Of a stretch of 64,000 nt of DNA, positions 1-9,417 are shown piece after piece (positions within the stretch are counted from its first letter, which is position 1; the number at the start of each line of letters is the position of its first letter). The translations under genes were made by a program, and so were the position numbers. Origin of the DNA: Opitutales bacterium (GTDB taxonomy: Bacteria > Verrucomicrobiota > Verrucomicrobiia > Opitutales > UBA953); assembly GCA_040398005.1 (NCBI GenBank), contig JBBAUX010000002.1, positions 64,001 through 128,000 of the forward strand. The letters are read 5' to 3'. Below the pieces are notes generated by a model. The model searched no databases, was not told where the DNA came from, and was given only the letters and a program-made list of their open reading frames with translations.

Positions 1-512
1 AGGAAAGTATGGCGGGTGGAGAAACGATTGCGGATATTATTTTAGCTGGGGAAAAATCCGTATTAAATTCCAAGATTCAAAATACTCGGGTGCTGCGACT
101 CGGCGGGTTGTATGGTCCAGGCCGTCACCACCTACTTAATCAACTCATGCGTGGTGAACTTATTTTTGGTGGACGCACGGATCACTTAATTAATTACCTG
201 CATCGCGATGACGCAGCGAGTGCGGTTTTAGCAGCTTGTTTAAGTGGTCCGACGGGTTCGCGTGTTTATAATATCACGGATGGTCATCCCGTGCGGAAAG
301 ATGAACTCATTCAGTGGATTGCCAAAAAACTTAGTAAGGGTGAGCCGGTCTTTGACATCAATGCACCTGCTGGACCTCGGATGCAACGAGGTGGCCGAAC
401 GCAGCCCAGTCGATTTATTGAAAATAGCCGGGCCTTACATGAACTGAATTGGAGGCCCCGGTTTTCTTCTATATTAGAGGGCCTAACTGAAATCATTGAT
501 TTAATGGGCTAA
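1..512 (+). CDS. NAD-dependent epimerase/dehydratase (atypical SDR, YeeZ-like), probably 5'-truncated by the window edge
   Basis: LRLGGLYGPGR, NYLHRDDAA and YNITDG motifs of the extended-SDR C-terminal half; the N-terminal Rossmann motif is not in the window. Confidence 0.75.
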   Translation, partial: ESMAGGETIADIILAGEKSVLNSKIQNTRVLRLGGLYGPGRHHLLNQLMRGELIFGGRTDHLINYLHRDDAASAVLAACLSGPTGSRVYNITDGHPVRKDELIQWIAKKLSKGEPVFDINAPAGPRMQRGGRTQPSRFIENSRALHELNWRPRFSSILEGLTEIIDLMG

Positions 513-566
513 TTTCCGTTATTTTAACAAATATTTACAGGGAAAAGTTAAGTAGACCCAGTCTCA

Positions 567-622
567 TAGTCACCTATTTGTCACATGATAGTCATAGGTT
601 TGAAATGTGAAAATGGTAAGGT
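567..622 (+). promoter_or_regulatory. Tandem PHO-box-like repeats plus extended -10 element
   Basis: TAGTCAC (567), TTGTCAC (578), TAGTCAT (589), TTGAAAT (600) at exact 11-bp spacing; TGnTAAGGT at 614-622, with the hexamer 10 bp after the last repeat. Confidence 0.7.
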
Positions 623-649
623 GTGGGTGCTTTCATCACATACTATCCT

Positions 650-2095
650 ATGAATACCAACATCAAATCCATGCTCATCGCAGCTGCAGCACTCACTGCT
701 GTATCTTCGTTTGCACAAGACAAAGCCACTCTCGATCTTTTGGTCAAGAAGGGTCTTATCACCGCTGAAGAGCGCGCCAAGACATTGGACGAATCTTCAC
801 AAGCTCGCGCCGTTTCCGGCGTAGGCCGCGTTTTCCCTAAGGAAGATGCCACTAAACGCTTAACCATTGCTGGTTATTTCCAAGCTGCTTACCAGTCCTT
901 TAACTATAAGCAAGATGGTCTCGCCACCGATATGGCTAACCAAAGCCAATTCCTCATGCGTCGTCTGTACGTTGAAATTCTCGCTGACATCGGCGAAGGT
1001 ATCTCCGGTAACATCGTTCTCGATACTTCTGGTAACACTACCTCAAGCTCAACCTCTTGGTTAGATCGCGCAATCGTTTCTCACTCGAGCAACATCGGCA
1101 CTTTCGATGTTGGTTACAAGAAAGTAACCTGGGGTTACGAAGAAAGCACTCTCTCCTCACTCTTCAAAGCTTCGTCCTCGAAGTTGTACACAGTTGAGCG
1201 TGGTATCACCAATCGCTATTGGAATGAAGCTGAAAACGGTAACTCAGCTCGCTCTGATGGACGTCGTCTCGGTTTCGGTGCCCACCACACTGGTATTCAC
1301 TACTCCAGCGTAGTTAATCCACAAGGTTTTGAGTTCGGTGCCTCGGTTGTTGACAGTGCCCAAGGTCGTGTGACCGAAGGTAACGGTTCTAATGATCTTG
1401 GTTACTTCGCTAACGTCGTTTGGAATAACAAAGTTTCCGATAACGAAAAATACGCAATTGGTGTGAACTACGGTAAGACCAAGTATTTCGCTTCAACTGC
1501 AACCACTACCTATGTGACCTCTGGTGCAGTAACGACAGCTACAACATCCACCCCTGCAAGCACCTTAGCTACCATGGAAGGTTACAATCCTTTCGTACAA
1601 GCTCAGTACTTCAACTGGACTGTATACGGCGAGTACCTCTCCACCAAGGTTACCTCCTCCAAAGATGCTGCCGTTAACACTGATGACCAAGATCGCAAGC
1701 CAACTGGCTACAATGCGACCGTGGTATACAAGATTAATGATAATTGGGAAGGCGTAGCTCGCTACACCGTTCTTGATACCGATGATCGTGGCGTCAAAAT
1801 CTCTGATGGTGAGCGTGGTTTCTCCACTAAGTCTAATGCTGCTTCTCCTGCTGCGTCTGGTAACTCCGATGCTTCTTGGAACAAGTCGGACGCCGTCTAT
1901 CTCGGCTTAAACTACTACTTCACCATCCCAGTAGCTGGTGGTGCAGTTGTTAATGGTCCTAACGCCAAGATTCAGTTTGGTTTAGAGCGTGCTAACTTCA
2001 AGGGTAAAGTTACCCAGTCAGCTGGTAACGCTACACACAATAACGACAAAGCTCACGTAGACGTACTTCGTCTCCAGGCCCAAGTGGGTTTCTAA
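650..2095 (+). CDS. Outer-membrane porin, OprO/OprP (phosphate-selective)-like
   Basis: Signal peptide from ATG 650; N-terminal LDLLVKKGLIT segment; FLMRRLY motif; amphipathic beta-strands; C-terminal Phe; upstream PHO-like boxes. Confidence 0.75.
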   Translation: MNTNIKSMLIAAAALTAVSSFAQDKATLDLLVKKGLITAEERAKTLDESSQARAVSGVGRVFPKEDATKRLTIAGYFQAAYQSFNYKQDGLATDMANQSQFLMRRLYVEILADIGEGISGNIVLDTSGNTTSSSTSWLDRAIVSHSSNIGTFDVGYKKVTWGYEESTLSSLFKASSSKLYTVERGITNRYWNEAENGNSARSDGRRLGFGAHHTGIHYSSVVNPQGFEFGASVVDSAQGRVTEGNGSNDLGYFANVVWNNKVSDNEKYAIGVNYGKTKYFASTATTTYVTSGAVTTATTSTPASTLATMEGYNPFVQAQYFNWTVYGEYLSTKVTSSKDAAVNTDDQDRKPTGYNATVVYKINDNWEGVARYTVLDTDDRGVKISDGERGFSTKSNAASPAASGNSDASWNKSDAVYLGLNYYFTIPVAGGAVVNGPNAKIQFGLERANFKGKVTQSAGNATHNNDKAHVDVLRLQAQVGF

Positions 2096-2123
2096 GCTAA
2101 AGAGTTTAGTTTCATAGCACTTC

Positions 2124-2155
2124 GAGGGCCGACGAAAGTCGGCCCTCTTTATTTT
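2124..2155 (+). terminator. Intrinsic terminator after the porin
   Basis: GAGGGCCGAC-GAAA-GTCGGCCCTC followed by TTTATTTT. Confidence 0.85.
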
Positions 2156-2194
2156 ATAAATTAATGACGCGTCGACCGATCGCGGCTGCATCGA

Positions 2195-3376
2195 TTACGA
2201 CAGGCGATTCTTGTAATCTGCGTAACCGAATTTTCTCACCACCTGTACCTTGCCTGCTTGTGGATCGTAAGTGGCAATGGCTGGCAGCGGTACACCGTTA
2301 AAGGTGGTATTCTTAACAAAAGTATAATGCGACATGTCCATGAATAGAATGCGCTGGCCGATCTTTAAGGGCTCCGCGAAAGAGTAGTCGCCAATGACGT
2401 CACCCGCTAAGCAGGTAACGCTCCCGAGGCGGTAAGTATGGGGCAGCACGCCAGGCATATCAGCCCCGAGGATATCAGCCCGGTAGGGCATCTCTAGAGT
2501 GTCAGGCATATGGTTGGTCGCCGAAACGTCGATAATGGCTATATCCACGCCGTTATGAACTAAGTCTAAAATAGTTCCCACGAGTACGCCGGTACCAATA
2601 CCGACGGCTTCACCAGGTTCGAGGTAGACTTGAATGTTTTGTCCCCACTTGGCTTTAAAGTTTTTGATAATTTTAACGAGTAGTTCGATGTCGTAGCCAG
2701 GACGCGTGATGTGATGTCCACCCCCGAAGTTCACCCATTTCATCTGAGGAATAAACTCTCCGAATCTTTTCTCAAAGGCTGCCACGGTGCGTTCTAAGAC
2801 ATCAGCCCCTTGCTGACACATGGTATGAAAGTGAAGGCCTTCCAAGCCTTCTAAATCACTCGCTGATTTAATCTCTGAGCGGAGTGCGCCGAGGCGTGAG
2901 CCAGAGGCACAGGGATTATAAAGTTCGACCTCAACTTCAGCATGCTCGGGATTAACTCTCAGGCCAAACGACACTTTGCGTGTCGCAGACTTGGCTACGG
3001 CCTGATGGCGCTTCCACTGATTGATCGAATTAAAGGAAATATGGTCAGCGACTCTCAAGAGATGCACAAACTCATCATCTTTAAATGCCGGTGAATAGGC
3101 ATGCACTTCACCGTCGAATTCTTCTCGACCTAAGAGCGCTTCGTTAATTCCACTTGCGGTGGTTCCTGCGAGGTATTGGCGAATGAGTTTGGCTTCGCTG
3201 AATTGAGCAAAACCCTTGAGTGCTAAAATAATTTTCGCGCCGGAGCGGTCCATCACTCCGCGAAGAATCTTTAAGTTATTTTCTAATAAGCCGCGGTGGA
3301 GGACGTGACAGGGGCTAGGGACCTGCGAGAGGTCGATTTTCTTGAAGGCTTCTGAAAGGGGATCGGACACAGCCAA
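2195..3376 (-). CDS. nspC: Carboxy(nor)spermidine decarboxylase
   Basis: ALKGF PLP-lysine region, GLHFH, GGGHHIT, LEPGEA, HMPD.LEMPY, CLAGD, KNTTFNG; adjacent to the dehydrogenase gene. Confidence 0.92.
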   Translation of the reverse strand: MAVSDPLSEAFKKIDLSQVPSPCHVLHRGLLENNLKILRGVMDRSGAKIILALKGFAQFSEAKLIRQYLAGTTASGINEALLGREEFDGEVHAYSPAFKDDEFVHLLRVADHISFNSINQWKRHQAVAKSATRKVSFGLRVNPEHAEVEVELYNPCASGSRLGALRSEIKSASDLEGLEGLHFHTMCQQGADVLERTVAAFEKRFGEFIPQMKWVNFGGGHHITRPGYDIELLVKIIKNFKAKWGQNIQVYLEPGEAVGIGTGVLVGTILDLVHNGVDIAIIDVSATNHMPDTLEMPYRADILGADMPGVLPHTYRLGSVTCLAGDVIGDYSFAEPLKIGQRILFMDMSHYTFVKNTTFNGVPLPAIATYDPQAGKVQVVRKFGYADYKNRLS

Positions 3377-3407
3377 TAAGTGAGGGGAGATTTCTTAAGT
3401 CGCAAAT

Positions 3408-3436
3408 AAAAAGCCCGCATTGCTGCGGGCTTTTTT
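3408..3436. terminator. Hairpin with A- and T-tracts on both sides, between CASDH and nspC
   Basis: AAAAAGCCCGCA-TTGC-TGCGGGCTTTTT. Confidence 0.75.
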
Positions 3437-3454
3437 AGGTTATGTGTTTTTTAA

Positions 3455-4657
3455 TTAAACGGGCAGTTCTTGAATCTGCCAAGGGAGGCCGCGTTTATTT
3501 AATTCTTCCATGAATGGATCGGGGTCGCACTCTTCCATATTCCAAACGCCTGGTTTGAGCCATTTACCTGTGGCAACCATCGCACCGCCAATGGCTGCAG
3601 GAACGCCTGTGGTATAGCTAATCGCTTGGGACTTAACTTCCGCGTAGCACTCTTGGTGGTCGCAAACGTTGTAGATAAATACTTTGCGGGGCTTGCCGTT
3701 TTTGGTGCCCGTAATTTCGCAACCGATACAGGTCTTACCCTTGGTGCGTGGACCGAGTGAAGCGGGATCAGGCAATAAGGCTTTGAGGAATTGAATCGGA
3801 ACAATCGAGTGACCTTGGAATTCAATGGGGTCGATCCGAGTCATCCCGACATTTTCTAAAACTTTGAGGTGGTTGAGGTAGTTGTCCGAGAAGGTCATGA
3901 AGAAACGAATACGCTTCAGACCTTTGATGTTCTTGGCTAAGGATTCTAATTCCTCGTGGAAGAGGAGGTAGCTGGGTTTAGGTCCGAGTACGGGATAGTT
4001 GTAATCCACGCGTAGTTTGGGGTCGAGGGGTTCGGTTTCTATCCATTGACCGTTTTCCCAGTAGCGTCCACGCTGGGTGATTTCGCGGATATTAATTTCG
4101 GGATTAAAATTAGTAGCGAAGGCGTAACCGTGATCACCGGCATTCGCATCCATGATATCAATAGTATCAATCGTATCGAACAGGTGCTTCTGGGCGTAAG
4201 CGCAGAATACATTGGTCACACCTGGATCAAAGCCCGAACCAAGTAATGCCATTAAGCCGGCTTTTTCAAAACGCTCGCGATAATTCCACTGCCAGGAATA
4301 TTCAAACTTCGCTAAGTGAGGGGGCTCGTAGTTCGCAGTGTCGACGTAGTGAATGCCAGCATGTAAGCAGGCGTCCATCAACGGAAGATCTTGATAGGGC
4401 AGGGCAACGTTGATGAGCAACTCTGCACCGAAAGATTTAATCAGGGCGACGGTGGCTTGTACGTTGTCGGCATCGATGGCGGCTGTTTTAATCGTGCGAC
4501 CCGTGGCCGCTTTCACATCGCTCGCGATCGCTTTGCATTTATTTTCATTACGCGAGGCCAGCATGATTTCCGAAAACGCTTCGGGATGCATCGCACATTT
4601 ATGGGCGACGACGTTACCAACGCCACCCGCTCCAATAATCAGAACTTTTTTGCTCAT
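3455..4657 (-). CDS. Carboxy(nor)spermidine dehydrogenase (saccharopine dehydrogenase family)
   Basis: IIGAGGVG, NVALPYQD, DTANYEP, GFDPG, FATNFNPEINIRE, SYTTGVP; paired with nspC. Confidence 0.9.
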   Translation of the reverse strand: MSKKVLIIGAGGVGNVVAHKCAMHPEAFSEIMLASRNENKCKAIASDVKAATGRTIKTAAIDADNVQATVALIKSFGAELLINVALPYQDLPLMDACLHAGIHYVDTANYEPPHLAKFEYSWQWNYRERFEKAGLMALLGSGFDPGVTNVFCAYAQKHLFDTIDTIDIMDANAGDHGYAFATNFNPEINIREITQRGRYWENGQWIETEPLDPKLRVDYNYPVLGPKPSYLLFHEELESLAKNIKGLKRIRFFMTFSDNYLNHLKVLENVGMTRIDPIEFQGHSIVPIQFLKALLPDPASLGPRTKGKTCIGCEITGTKNGKPRKVFIYNVCDHQECYAEVKSQAISYTTGVPAAIGGAMVATGKWLKPGVWNMEECDPDPFMEELNKRGLPWQIQELPV

Positions 4658-4779
4658 AGGATACCTTAATTTCTGTCATCATCTGCGAGAGGGGAAAGAA
4701 AAAAGGATACACAGTGAGAGACTTGGCACGGGTGACCCCTTAGACGCTTTGGAAGGTCTAGGAAAGTCGCCCTTTTGGC

Positions 4780-4856
4780 TGGCGGGATGGACGGGACTCG
4801 AACCCGCGACCTCCGCAGTGACAGTGCGGCGCTCTAACCAACTGAGCTACCACCCC
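4780..4856 (-). tRNA. tRNA-Asp (GTC)
   Basis: Reverse complement GGGGTGGTAGCTCAGTTGGTTAGAGCGCCGCACTGTCACTGCGGAGGTCGCGGGTTCGAGTCCCGTCCATCCCGCCA folds as a cloverleaf with encoded CCA. Confidence 0.97.
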
Positions 4857-4925
4857 AGTAGCCAAAAGGAAGGGTAAGAAAGGTTTCCAGGACCCACTCT
4901 GTCAAACGGAAAACCGCTAAAAAGG

Positions 4926-6182
4926 TTATCTAATCTGACCAGTTCCAGTAACTTCGAACTTCCAAGTGGTTAATTCGCGTAAGCCCATAGGTCCCCGGGC
5001 GTGAAGGCGGTCGGTACTAATGCCTACTTCGGCCCCAAAGCCGAACTCTCCGCCATCCGTAAAGCGCGTGCTGGCGTTCCAGTAGACACAGGCACTGTCG
5101 ATTTGGGCAAGAAATTGGCGAGCTACAGCCTCGTCCGCCGTAATAATAGCGTCGGAGTGATGAGAGCCCAAGGTTTCGATATGGCTGACCGCAGCCTCTA
5201 GGCCGTCGACAACTTTGATATTTATAATAAGTTCGAGGTGCTCCGTGAGGTAATCTTGATCGGTGGCTCGTTTCGCCGTCGTAATAAATTTCTGGGTCTG
5301 CTCACAGCCTCTGACTTCAGTTTTATGAGCACTCAAAGCAGTACCGAGCGCAGGCAGAAATTCTGCGGCGATACTTTTATCCACTAAAACTGTTTCAGCG
5401 GCATTGCACGCGCTCGGTCTTTGACACTTGGCATTAATGATAATGCGTTCGGCCATTTTTAAATCGGCCTTAGCGTGAACATAGACGTGGCAGATACCGG
5501 CGTCGTGTTTAATCACCGGCACTTTGGCTGAATTAACCACGGCTTCAATTAAGCCAGGGCCACCGCGAGGAACAATGATGTCGACGATTCCACGAAGTGA
5601 ACCGAGTGCAGGTACGGCTTCGCGATCAGTGAAAGGCAATAGCGTTACCGCTGCGGTAGGTAGGCTGACCGCTTTTAATCCTTCAGCAAAAGATTCTGCT
5701 AAGGCGATGTTCGTGTGCACGGCTTCGCTACCGCCACGTAAGATACAGGCGTTACCTGATTTTAAACACAGCGCGGCGGCATCGACGGTCACATTAGGCC
5801 GTGATTCAAAAATAATAGCTACGAGACCCAGAGGAACTCGGCGACGAACAATTTTTAATCCGTTGGGTCTATCCCAACTCTCCACGACTTCACCCACAGG
5901 ATCAGGTAATTTTGCAACAGATTCGCAAGCTGCAGCGATATCTTCGAGTCGACTCGTATCTAGGCGCAGACGATCAGTCATCGCCTCGGTCAGTCCTTTC
6001 ACTTTCGCTTGAGCGAGGTCTTGCTGATTAGCGGAAAGGATTTTCGCAGCGTTGGATCTGACGGCTTTGGCGGCAGCCATGAGTGCAGCGGTACGAGTAG
6101 CTGTAGACGATAAAGCAACCACCCGGGCCGATTGTTTTGCAAGAGTGGCGAGTGCAGTGACGCGTTGGAGCAATTCGCTCAT
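4926..6182 (-). CDS. proA: Gamma-glutamyl phosphate reductase
   Basis: IFESRPNVT, LRGGSEA, CNAAET, NASTRFTDG, HARGPMGL. Confidence 0.96.
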   Translation of the reverse strand: MSELLQRVTALATLAKQSARVVALSSTATRTAALMAAAKAVRSNAAKILSANQQDLAQAKVKGLTEAMTDRLRLDTSRLEDIAAACESVAKLPDPVGEVVESWDRPNGLKIVRRRVPLGLVAIIFESRPNVTVDAAALCLKSGNACILRGGSEAVHTNIALAESFAEGLKAVSLPTAAVTLLPFTDREAVPALGSLRGIVDIIVPRGGPGLIEAVVNSAKVPVIKHDAGICHVYVHAKADLKMAERIIINAKCQRPSACNAAETVLVDKSIAAEFLPALGTALSAHKTEVRGCEQTQKFITTAKRATDQDYLTEHLELIINIKVVDGLEAAVSHIETLGSHHSDAIITADEAVARQFLAQIDSACVYWNASTRFTDGGEFGFGAEVGISTDRLHARGPMGLRELTTWKFEVTGTGQIR

Positions 6183-6958
6183 CGTAAATCAAAAAGGGTC
6201 CCTAATTTTTTATGAGCGGCAATCTCGAGGAGAACATTTTTCCGGCGGCCATTAGCGATTTGCGTTTTTACTTTTCCAAGAGCAGCAATTTCGGCCGCTT
6301 GTAATTTAGTAATCATACCGCCGACATTGCGTTCGGAACCCGCGCCCCCGGCGAGGCTGCGTAATTTAGCATCAATCTTTTTCACGTGAGGAATGAGTTC
6401 TCCGGTGCCATCAGACTTGGTCATCAAGCCATCAATACCCGAGAGAATAATTAATAAATCGGCCTGAACGAGTGCTGCGACGTGAGCCGAGAGGCGATCA
6501 TTGTCGCCGACACGAATTTCTTCATCCGCGATGGCATCATTCTCATTGATAATCGGCACGAATTTTTTTCGGGCTAATAATAAATCCAGAGTAGCTCGTG
6601 CATTATTGGTGCAGGTGCGACTATCTAAATCCCAATAAGTGAGAAGCATTTGAGCACCGAGTAGATGGTGGCGGGCAAAATGTTTTCGATACACCGACAT
6701 TAATTCAGGCTGTCCGACCGTTGCGCAGGCTTGGAGTTCGCGGGCATCTTTAGGACGCTTCACTAATTTCATGGCAGTCATACCGGAGGCGACGGCACCG
6801 GAGGTGACGATAACGACTTCGATGCCGCGCTTCATGAGTACGGCTACCTGGTCGCAGATACGTCCGATTTGGGCGCTATCGACTTTACCGTCTGCGCGGG
6901 TGAGCAGGCCGGAGCCTAATTTAATGACCCAACGTTTTGGCATGGTTATGGCAGACAA
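6179..6958 (-). CDS. proB: Glutamate 5-kinase, short form without PUA domain
   Basis: VIKLGSG, VTSGAV, PIINEND, GDNDRL, GGMITK; overlaps proA by 4 nt; ATG 6943 is an alternative start. Confidence 0.93.
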   Translation of the reverse strand: MSAITMPKRWVIKLGSGLLTRADGKVDSAQIGRICDQVAVLMKRGIEVVIVTSGAVASGMTAMKLVKRPKDARELQACATVGQPELMSVYRKHFARHHLLGAQMLLTYWDLDSRTCTNNARATLDLLLARKKFVPIINENDAIADEEIRVGDNDRLSAHVAALVQADLLIILSGIDGLMTKSDGTGELIPHVKKIDAKLRSLAGGAGSERNVGGMITKLQAAEIAALGKVKTQIANGRRKNVLLEIAAHKKLGTLFDLR

Positions 6959-6989
6959 GTTAGCCGATGACTGGCGTCAATGTCCAGCG

Positions 6990-8036
6990 TCAGAGTGACG
7001 AACCTTCTTGGCTGGGAGGCACTAGGCCAATTGCTCGCCAGCCTTTTGGGCTAAGAACGCGACCTTGGGGTGTGCGGGAGATGTAGCCTTCGAGCACTAA
7101 AAAGGGTTCATGAACTTCTTCGAGTGTATGGGCATCTTCGCCGATGGCGGCACCGATACTATTTAATCCAACTGGCCCACCGTTGTGTTTTTCGGCCATC
7201 GCTCGGAGGAATCGGTGATCCATTTCATCTAAACCATTCTGATCGATTTCAAGTAATTCTAAAGCCGCCGCCGTAATTTTAGCGTCCGCTTTACCTTCAG
7301 CACGCTCGAGTGCATAGTCGCGTGTGAAGCGTAATAAATTATTCACGATACGAGGAGTACCTCTAGCGCGACGGGAAACTTCTTCGGCGCCACCTTGGTC
7401 AAGGGTGAGATTTAATAACAGCGCGTTGCGTTGTACAATCGAGAGGAGTTGTTCCTGATTATAATAATCGAGGCGAGTCTGTAAGGTGAATCGACTGCGC
7501 AAGGGTGCAGTGAGTAATCCGGTCCGCGTGGTTGCACCGATCAGAGTAAATTTAGGTAATTCGAGACGAACGCTCCGTGCGTTGGGACCTTGATCGATCA
7601 TGATATCGATACGGAAATCTTCCATCGCTGAATATAAGAATTCTTCTACCGTTTTGGGAATGCGATGAATTTCATCGATGAATAAAATCTCGCCTTCTTG
7701 AAGGCTAGTGAGAAGACCAGCGAGGTCGGAAGCTTTTTCAATGACTGGTCCGGAAGTGATGCGAATAGTTTTATTCATCTCGCCCGCTAAAATCATGGCG
7801 AGGGTGGTTTTGCCGAGGCCGGGTGGGCCGTGAATGAGAATGTGATCGAGGGTGCGACTTTCACGTCGAGCCGCGCCGACCATGACTTTTAAGCGTTCCA
7901 CGGTGCGTGCTTGGCCGACAAAGCTATCGAATTTTTCGGGTCGTAAAGCTTGGTCTAAGTGACGATCGGGCGAAGCCGCTTCGCCTTTGCCCAAGGATTT
8001 CTTGGGGGAGTCGGAAGGATTTTTGCCAGCGGCCAT
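6990..8036 (-). CDS. ruvB: Holliday junction branch migration helicase RuvB
   Basis: GPPGLGKTT, FIDEIHR, GATTRTG, RGTPR, RTPQGR. Confidence 0.97.
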   Translation of the reverse strand: MAAGKNPSDSPKKSLGKGEAASPDRHLDQALRPEKFDSFVGQARTVERLKVMVGAARRESRTLDHILIHGPPGLGKTTLAMILAGEMNKTIRITSGPVIEKASDLAGLLTSLQEGEILFIDEIHRIPKTVEEFLYSAMEDFRIDIMIDQGPNARSVRLELPKFTLIGATTRTGLLTAPLRSRFTLQTRLDYYNQEQLLSIVQRNALLLNLTLDQGGAEEVSRRARGTPRIVNNLLRFTRDYALERAEGKADAKITAAALELLEIDQNGLDEMDHRFLRAMAEKHNGGPVGLNSIGAAIGEDAHTLEEVHEPFLVLEGYISRTPQGRVLSPKGWRAIGLVPPSQEGSSL

Positions 8037-8073
8037 AAGTTTAAATTAAGAAGAAAAATTATTTAAGCAATCA

Positions 8074-9366
8074 TCACTCCTCGGCAAAACCCTTGGGCAT
8101 GGCGGAGGAGGGCAGTCGCTCGATGTCGGCACCTAGGTTGCGAAGTCTTTCTTCGAATTGTTCGTATCCTCGGTCCAAGTGATAAAGTCTTTGGACCCAG
8201 GTTTCGCCCGTGGCGGCGAGTGCGGCGAGTATCAGTGCGGCGGAGGCACGTAAGTCGGAGGCCATCACGGGTGCACCGGAAAGTGGGCGATCGCCGTAGA
8301 CGGCAGCGGTGGATCCTTCGATGGCAATTTCTGCACCCATCCGTTGTAACTCTGCGGCGTGCATGAATCGTGACGGATAAATTTTTTCGGTAAAGGTGCT
8401 GCGTCCGGGTACTTTTAATTGCAGGGCCATGAATTGCGCTTGGAGGTCGGTGGGAAATCCAGGATAAGGTTCAGTAATAATTTCCACTGCTTGGGTTGGT
8501 TGTCCGAAAGCCCGAATCGTATCTTCACTCGTTTCGATGTGAACGCCGACCTCTTTAAGTTTTTCGAGAAACGCGGTGAGGTGTTGAGGGTTACAGTGCG
8601 TCACCGTTAAGTCTCCACCCGTAATCGCTGCAGCGACGAGATAAGTTCCCGTTTCAATGCGATCCGAAATAATCGTATGTTCGCAACCGTGTAATTTTTC
8701 GACTCCTTCAATAGTGATTAAGGGTGTACCGTGACCACTGATTTTCGCGCCCATTTTATTGAGTAAACTACAAAGGTCACTGATTTCGGGTTCGAGGGCC
8801 GCAGACTCAATTCTCGTAAGGCCGGGAGTGAGTGTCGCCGCCATAATTATATTGGCTGTGCCGGTGACGGTGCTACCCATCGGACCGCCCATAAAAACAT
8901 TTTCACCTCGAGCTTGCTGGGCGTTTACTTTGATCACGCCGTTTTCTACTTCGACGATACAGTTTAAAGTTTCTAAACCTTTTAAGTGTAAATCAATCGG
9001 ACGAATGCCGATGATACAGCCACCAGGAAGAGCCATCTCGGCTTGGCGGAGTCGTCCGACTAAGGCGCCGAGTAGACAGACCGAAGCTCTCATCTTTCGT
9101 ACTAAATCATAAGGAGTGCGATGGGTGATTTCTTCGGCCGTGATGGTCCAAGTACCTTTTTGTGGATTCTCTATTTTTGCTCCTTGGTGTTTTAAAATTT
9201 CAACCATGAAGCGCACGTCACTTAAATTCGGAACGTTGTGCAGCGTGACGGTTTCGTGGGTGAGGAGGGCGGCCGCTAAAATAGGGAGAGCGGAATTTTT
9301 TGAACCCGACGCACGCAGTGAACCTTTGATGGGATTGCCTCCACGAATGCGTGCGACTTCGAGCAT
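8074..9366 (-). CDS. murA: UDP-N-acetylglucosamine 1-carboxyvinyltransferase
   Basis: GSKNSALP, MRAS, LPGGC.IG.RPIDLH, PGFPTDLQ, DLRA, HLDRGY. Confidence 0.97.
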   Translation of the reverse strand: MLEVARIRGGNPIKGSLRASGSKNSALPILAAALLTHETVTLHNVPNLSDVRFMVEILKHQGAKIENPQKGTWTITAEEITHRTPYDLVRKMRASVCLLGALVGRLRQAEMALPGGCIIGIRPIDLHLKGLETLNCIVEVENGVIKVNAQQARGENVFMGGPMGSTVTGTANIIMAATLTPGLTRIESAALEPEISDLCSLLNKMGAKISGHGTPLITIEGVEKLHGCEHTIISDRIETGTYLVAAAITGGDLTVTHCNPQHLTAFLEKLKEVGVHIETSEDTIRAFGQPTQAVEIITEPYPGFPTDLQAQFMALQLKVPGRSTFTEKIYPSRFMHAAELQRMGAEIAIEGSTAAVYGDRPLSGAPVMASDLRASAALILAALAATGETWVQRLYHLDRGYEQFEERLRNLGADIERLPSSAMPKGFAEE

Positions 9367-9382
9367 GATTTAATTTTTATAT

Positions 9383-9411
9383 AAAAAAAGGGGGTGCAAA
9401 TTGCACCCCCT
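9383..9411 (-). terminator. Intrinsic terminator after the disordered-protein gene
   Basis: AGGGGGTGCAA/TTGCACCCCCT inverted repeat followed by a T-tract on the minus strand. Confidence 0.8.
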
Positions 9412-9417
9412 AATTTT

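Noticed and set aside
4410..4877. 155-aa plus-strand ORF, and the similar 94-aa ORF at 28231-28515
   Set aside because: They are antisense to tRNA-Asp or tRNA-Cys; GWTGLEPAT and ARVGIEPT are typical translated tRNA shadows
6179..6958. proB as a truncated pseudogene
   Set aside because: PUA-less glutamate 5-kinases are a known form; catalytic motifs are intact and the stop overlaps the proA start
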